Made by a program: the position numbers and the translations under genes. This document shows, piece by piece, positions 63,203 through 64,000 of a stretch of DNA of 64,000 bases. The stretch's first letter is position 1; every line of letters begins with the position of its first letter. The notes below the pieces were generated by a model. The model made no database searches. It saw nothing but the letters and a program-made list of their open reading frames with translations, and was not told the DNA's origin. Origin of the DNA: an uncultured virus (IMG/VR IMGVR_UViG_3300037847_003885). Taxonomy: Duplodnaviria; Heunggongvirae; Uroviricota; Caudoviricetes. The stretch spans positions 1-64,000 of IMG/VR virus record IMGVR_UViG_3300037847_003885; one strand, given 5' to 3'.

Positions 63203-64000
63203 TCAGTCTATTTTGTTAAAATCGGACAACTGCGAAGTATTATCGTTTACTTCTATATGTTTTATTGGTTTTTTCTCTTTTTTGTTTTTCTTAGGCTCAA
63301 TTTCTTTTTCATCACTTCGCTTTCTACCATCATAATCCGGCATAGTTTCTTCATTAGCCAAACGAGTTGGACCACTTGGGGATTCTATTGGTGTAGCCAT
63401 ATCTATACCCAAACCTTTCGGCCCTGTCCATGTAGTGCGCTCTTTGTGTAATTTATCTAAAGCACGAGTAATTATCTCTAAGGCTTTCTTAGTAGTTGGT
63501 TTTAGTAACCGGTTATCATCATCTGCATCTAATATACCTGCTGATTGTTTATCTTGCCGTTTACGGCTTGGAGGTTTTTCATCTAGTACATCTCTTTTAA
63601 CTAAATGACCATCAAACATAAGCGGTGCAACAGCACTCCAATATGGATACATACTTTCTGCTAATGTAACAGGATAGTTTGATTTTACCATACCACTCAA
63701 TGCTGTAGATGGATTTTCTAAATACCATAAGTTACCATAACTCACAACATCATATTCTACAGTATCTACATCTTTTAATATAACTTTTAATTTATTATTA
63801 TCATATTCTATATCATGCGGAACTAAAATAGGAGTTAAAGATTTAGTAAGTATATCTAAAGATTCGGCACTAGCCGCACCTTCACCATCACCCTTACCGG
63901 TTATTTGTTTCATTTGTACATTGAAAACATCTCTTCCACCACGAGTTTTCTTTGTAACTCCTGTAATAGATACTCTAACCACATCTCCTACTTTGTATGA
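63203..64000 (-). CDS. C-terminal part of a larger protein (partial, runs off the right edge); OB-fold-like start
   Basis: Frame stays open to the window edge (SYKVGDVVRVSITGV...), so track start 63982 is probably not the true start. Confidence 0.65.
   Translation of the reverse strand, partial: SYKVGDVVRVSITGVTKKTRGGRDVFNVQMKQITGKGDGEGAASAESLDILTKSLTPILVPHDIEYDNNKLKVILKDVDTVEYDVVSYGNLWYLENPSTALSGMVKSNYPVTLAESMYPYWSAVAPLMFDGHLVKRDVLDEKPPSRKRQDKQSAGILDADDDNRLLKPTTKKALEIITRALDKLHKERTTWTGPKGLGIDMATPIESPSGPTRLANEETMPDYDGRKRSDEKEIEPKKNKKEKKPIKHIEVNDNTSQLSDFNKID

Noticed and set aside
29522..63451. Plus-strand ORFs in the right half (e.g. 37958-38647, 50495, 55256, 58990)
   Set aside because: They are antisense to structural genes and have no recognisable motifs; 58990-59235 overlaps better-supported minus-strand ORFs (58894-59067 and 59092-59631).
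28319..64000. Terminase and portal genes
   Set aside because: Not recognised in this window; probably beyond the right edge, so their absence is not treated as meaningful.

Overview
This 64 kb window is most of a head-tailed archaeal virus genome. Its gene set (PolB, RFC clamp loader, PCNA-like clamp, fused PriS-PriL primase, XPF nuclease, MCM-like ATPase, group II chaperonin, HK97-type capsid and prohead protease), GGAGGTGA-type Shine-Dalgarno sites and TATA promoters best match 'Magroviruses' of Marine Group II Euryarchaeota (Poseidoniales). That assignment comes from gene content, not from a search. There are three blocks. (i) 1-12.5 kb, + strand: an accessory region of mostly short, translationally coupled genes. 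(ii) 12.5-28.3 kb, + strand: a replication/recombination module ending in a thermosome and an unlisted TFS-like zinc ribbon. (iii) 28.3-64 kb, - strand: a virion module with a 6311-aa giant protein, a short tape measure, a -1 frameshifted chaperone pair, tail tube, capsid and protease. The most striking unexplained structure is in block (i). Six consecutive genes are built from two alternating, nucleotide-invariant repeats (22-24 nt encoding MIDTDKY; 21 nt encoding EVKRLR) separated by largely unrelated in-frame segments. Further runs of mini-genes are bracketed by exact SD/stop/start direct repeats (e.g. GGAGGTGACGGCGTGA), and whole blocks are bracketed by a 28-46 nt repeated promoter element. 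Together this looks like a hierarchical, repeat-mediated cassette- and domain-shuffling system. All calls are by-eye motif recognition; no database searches were run.
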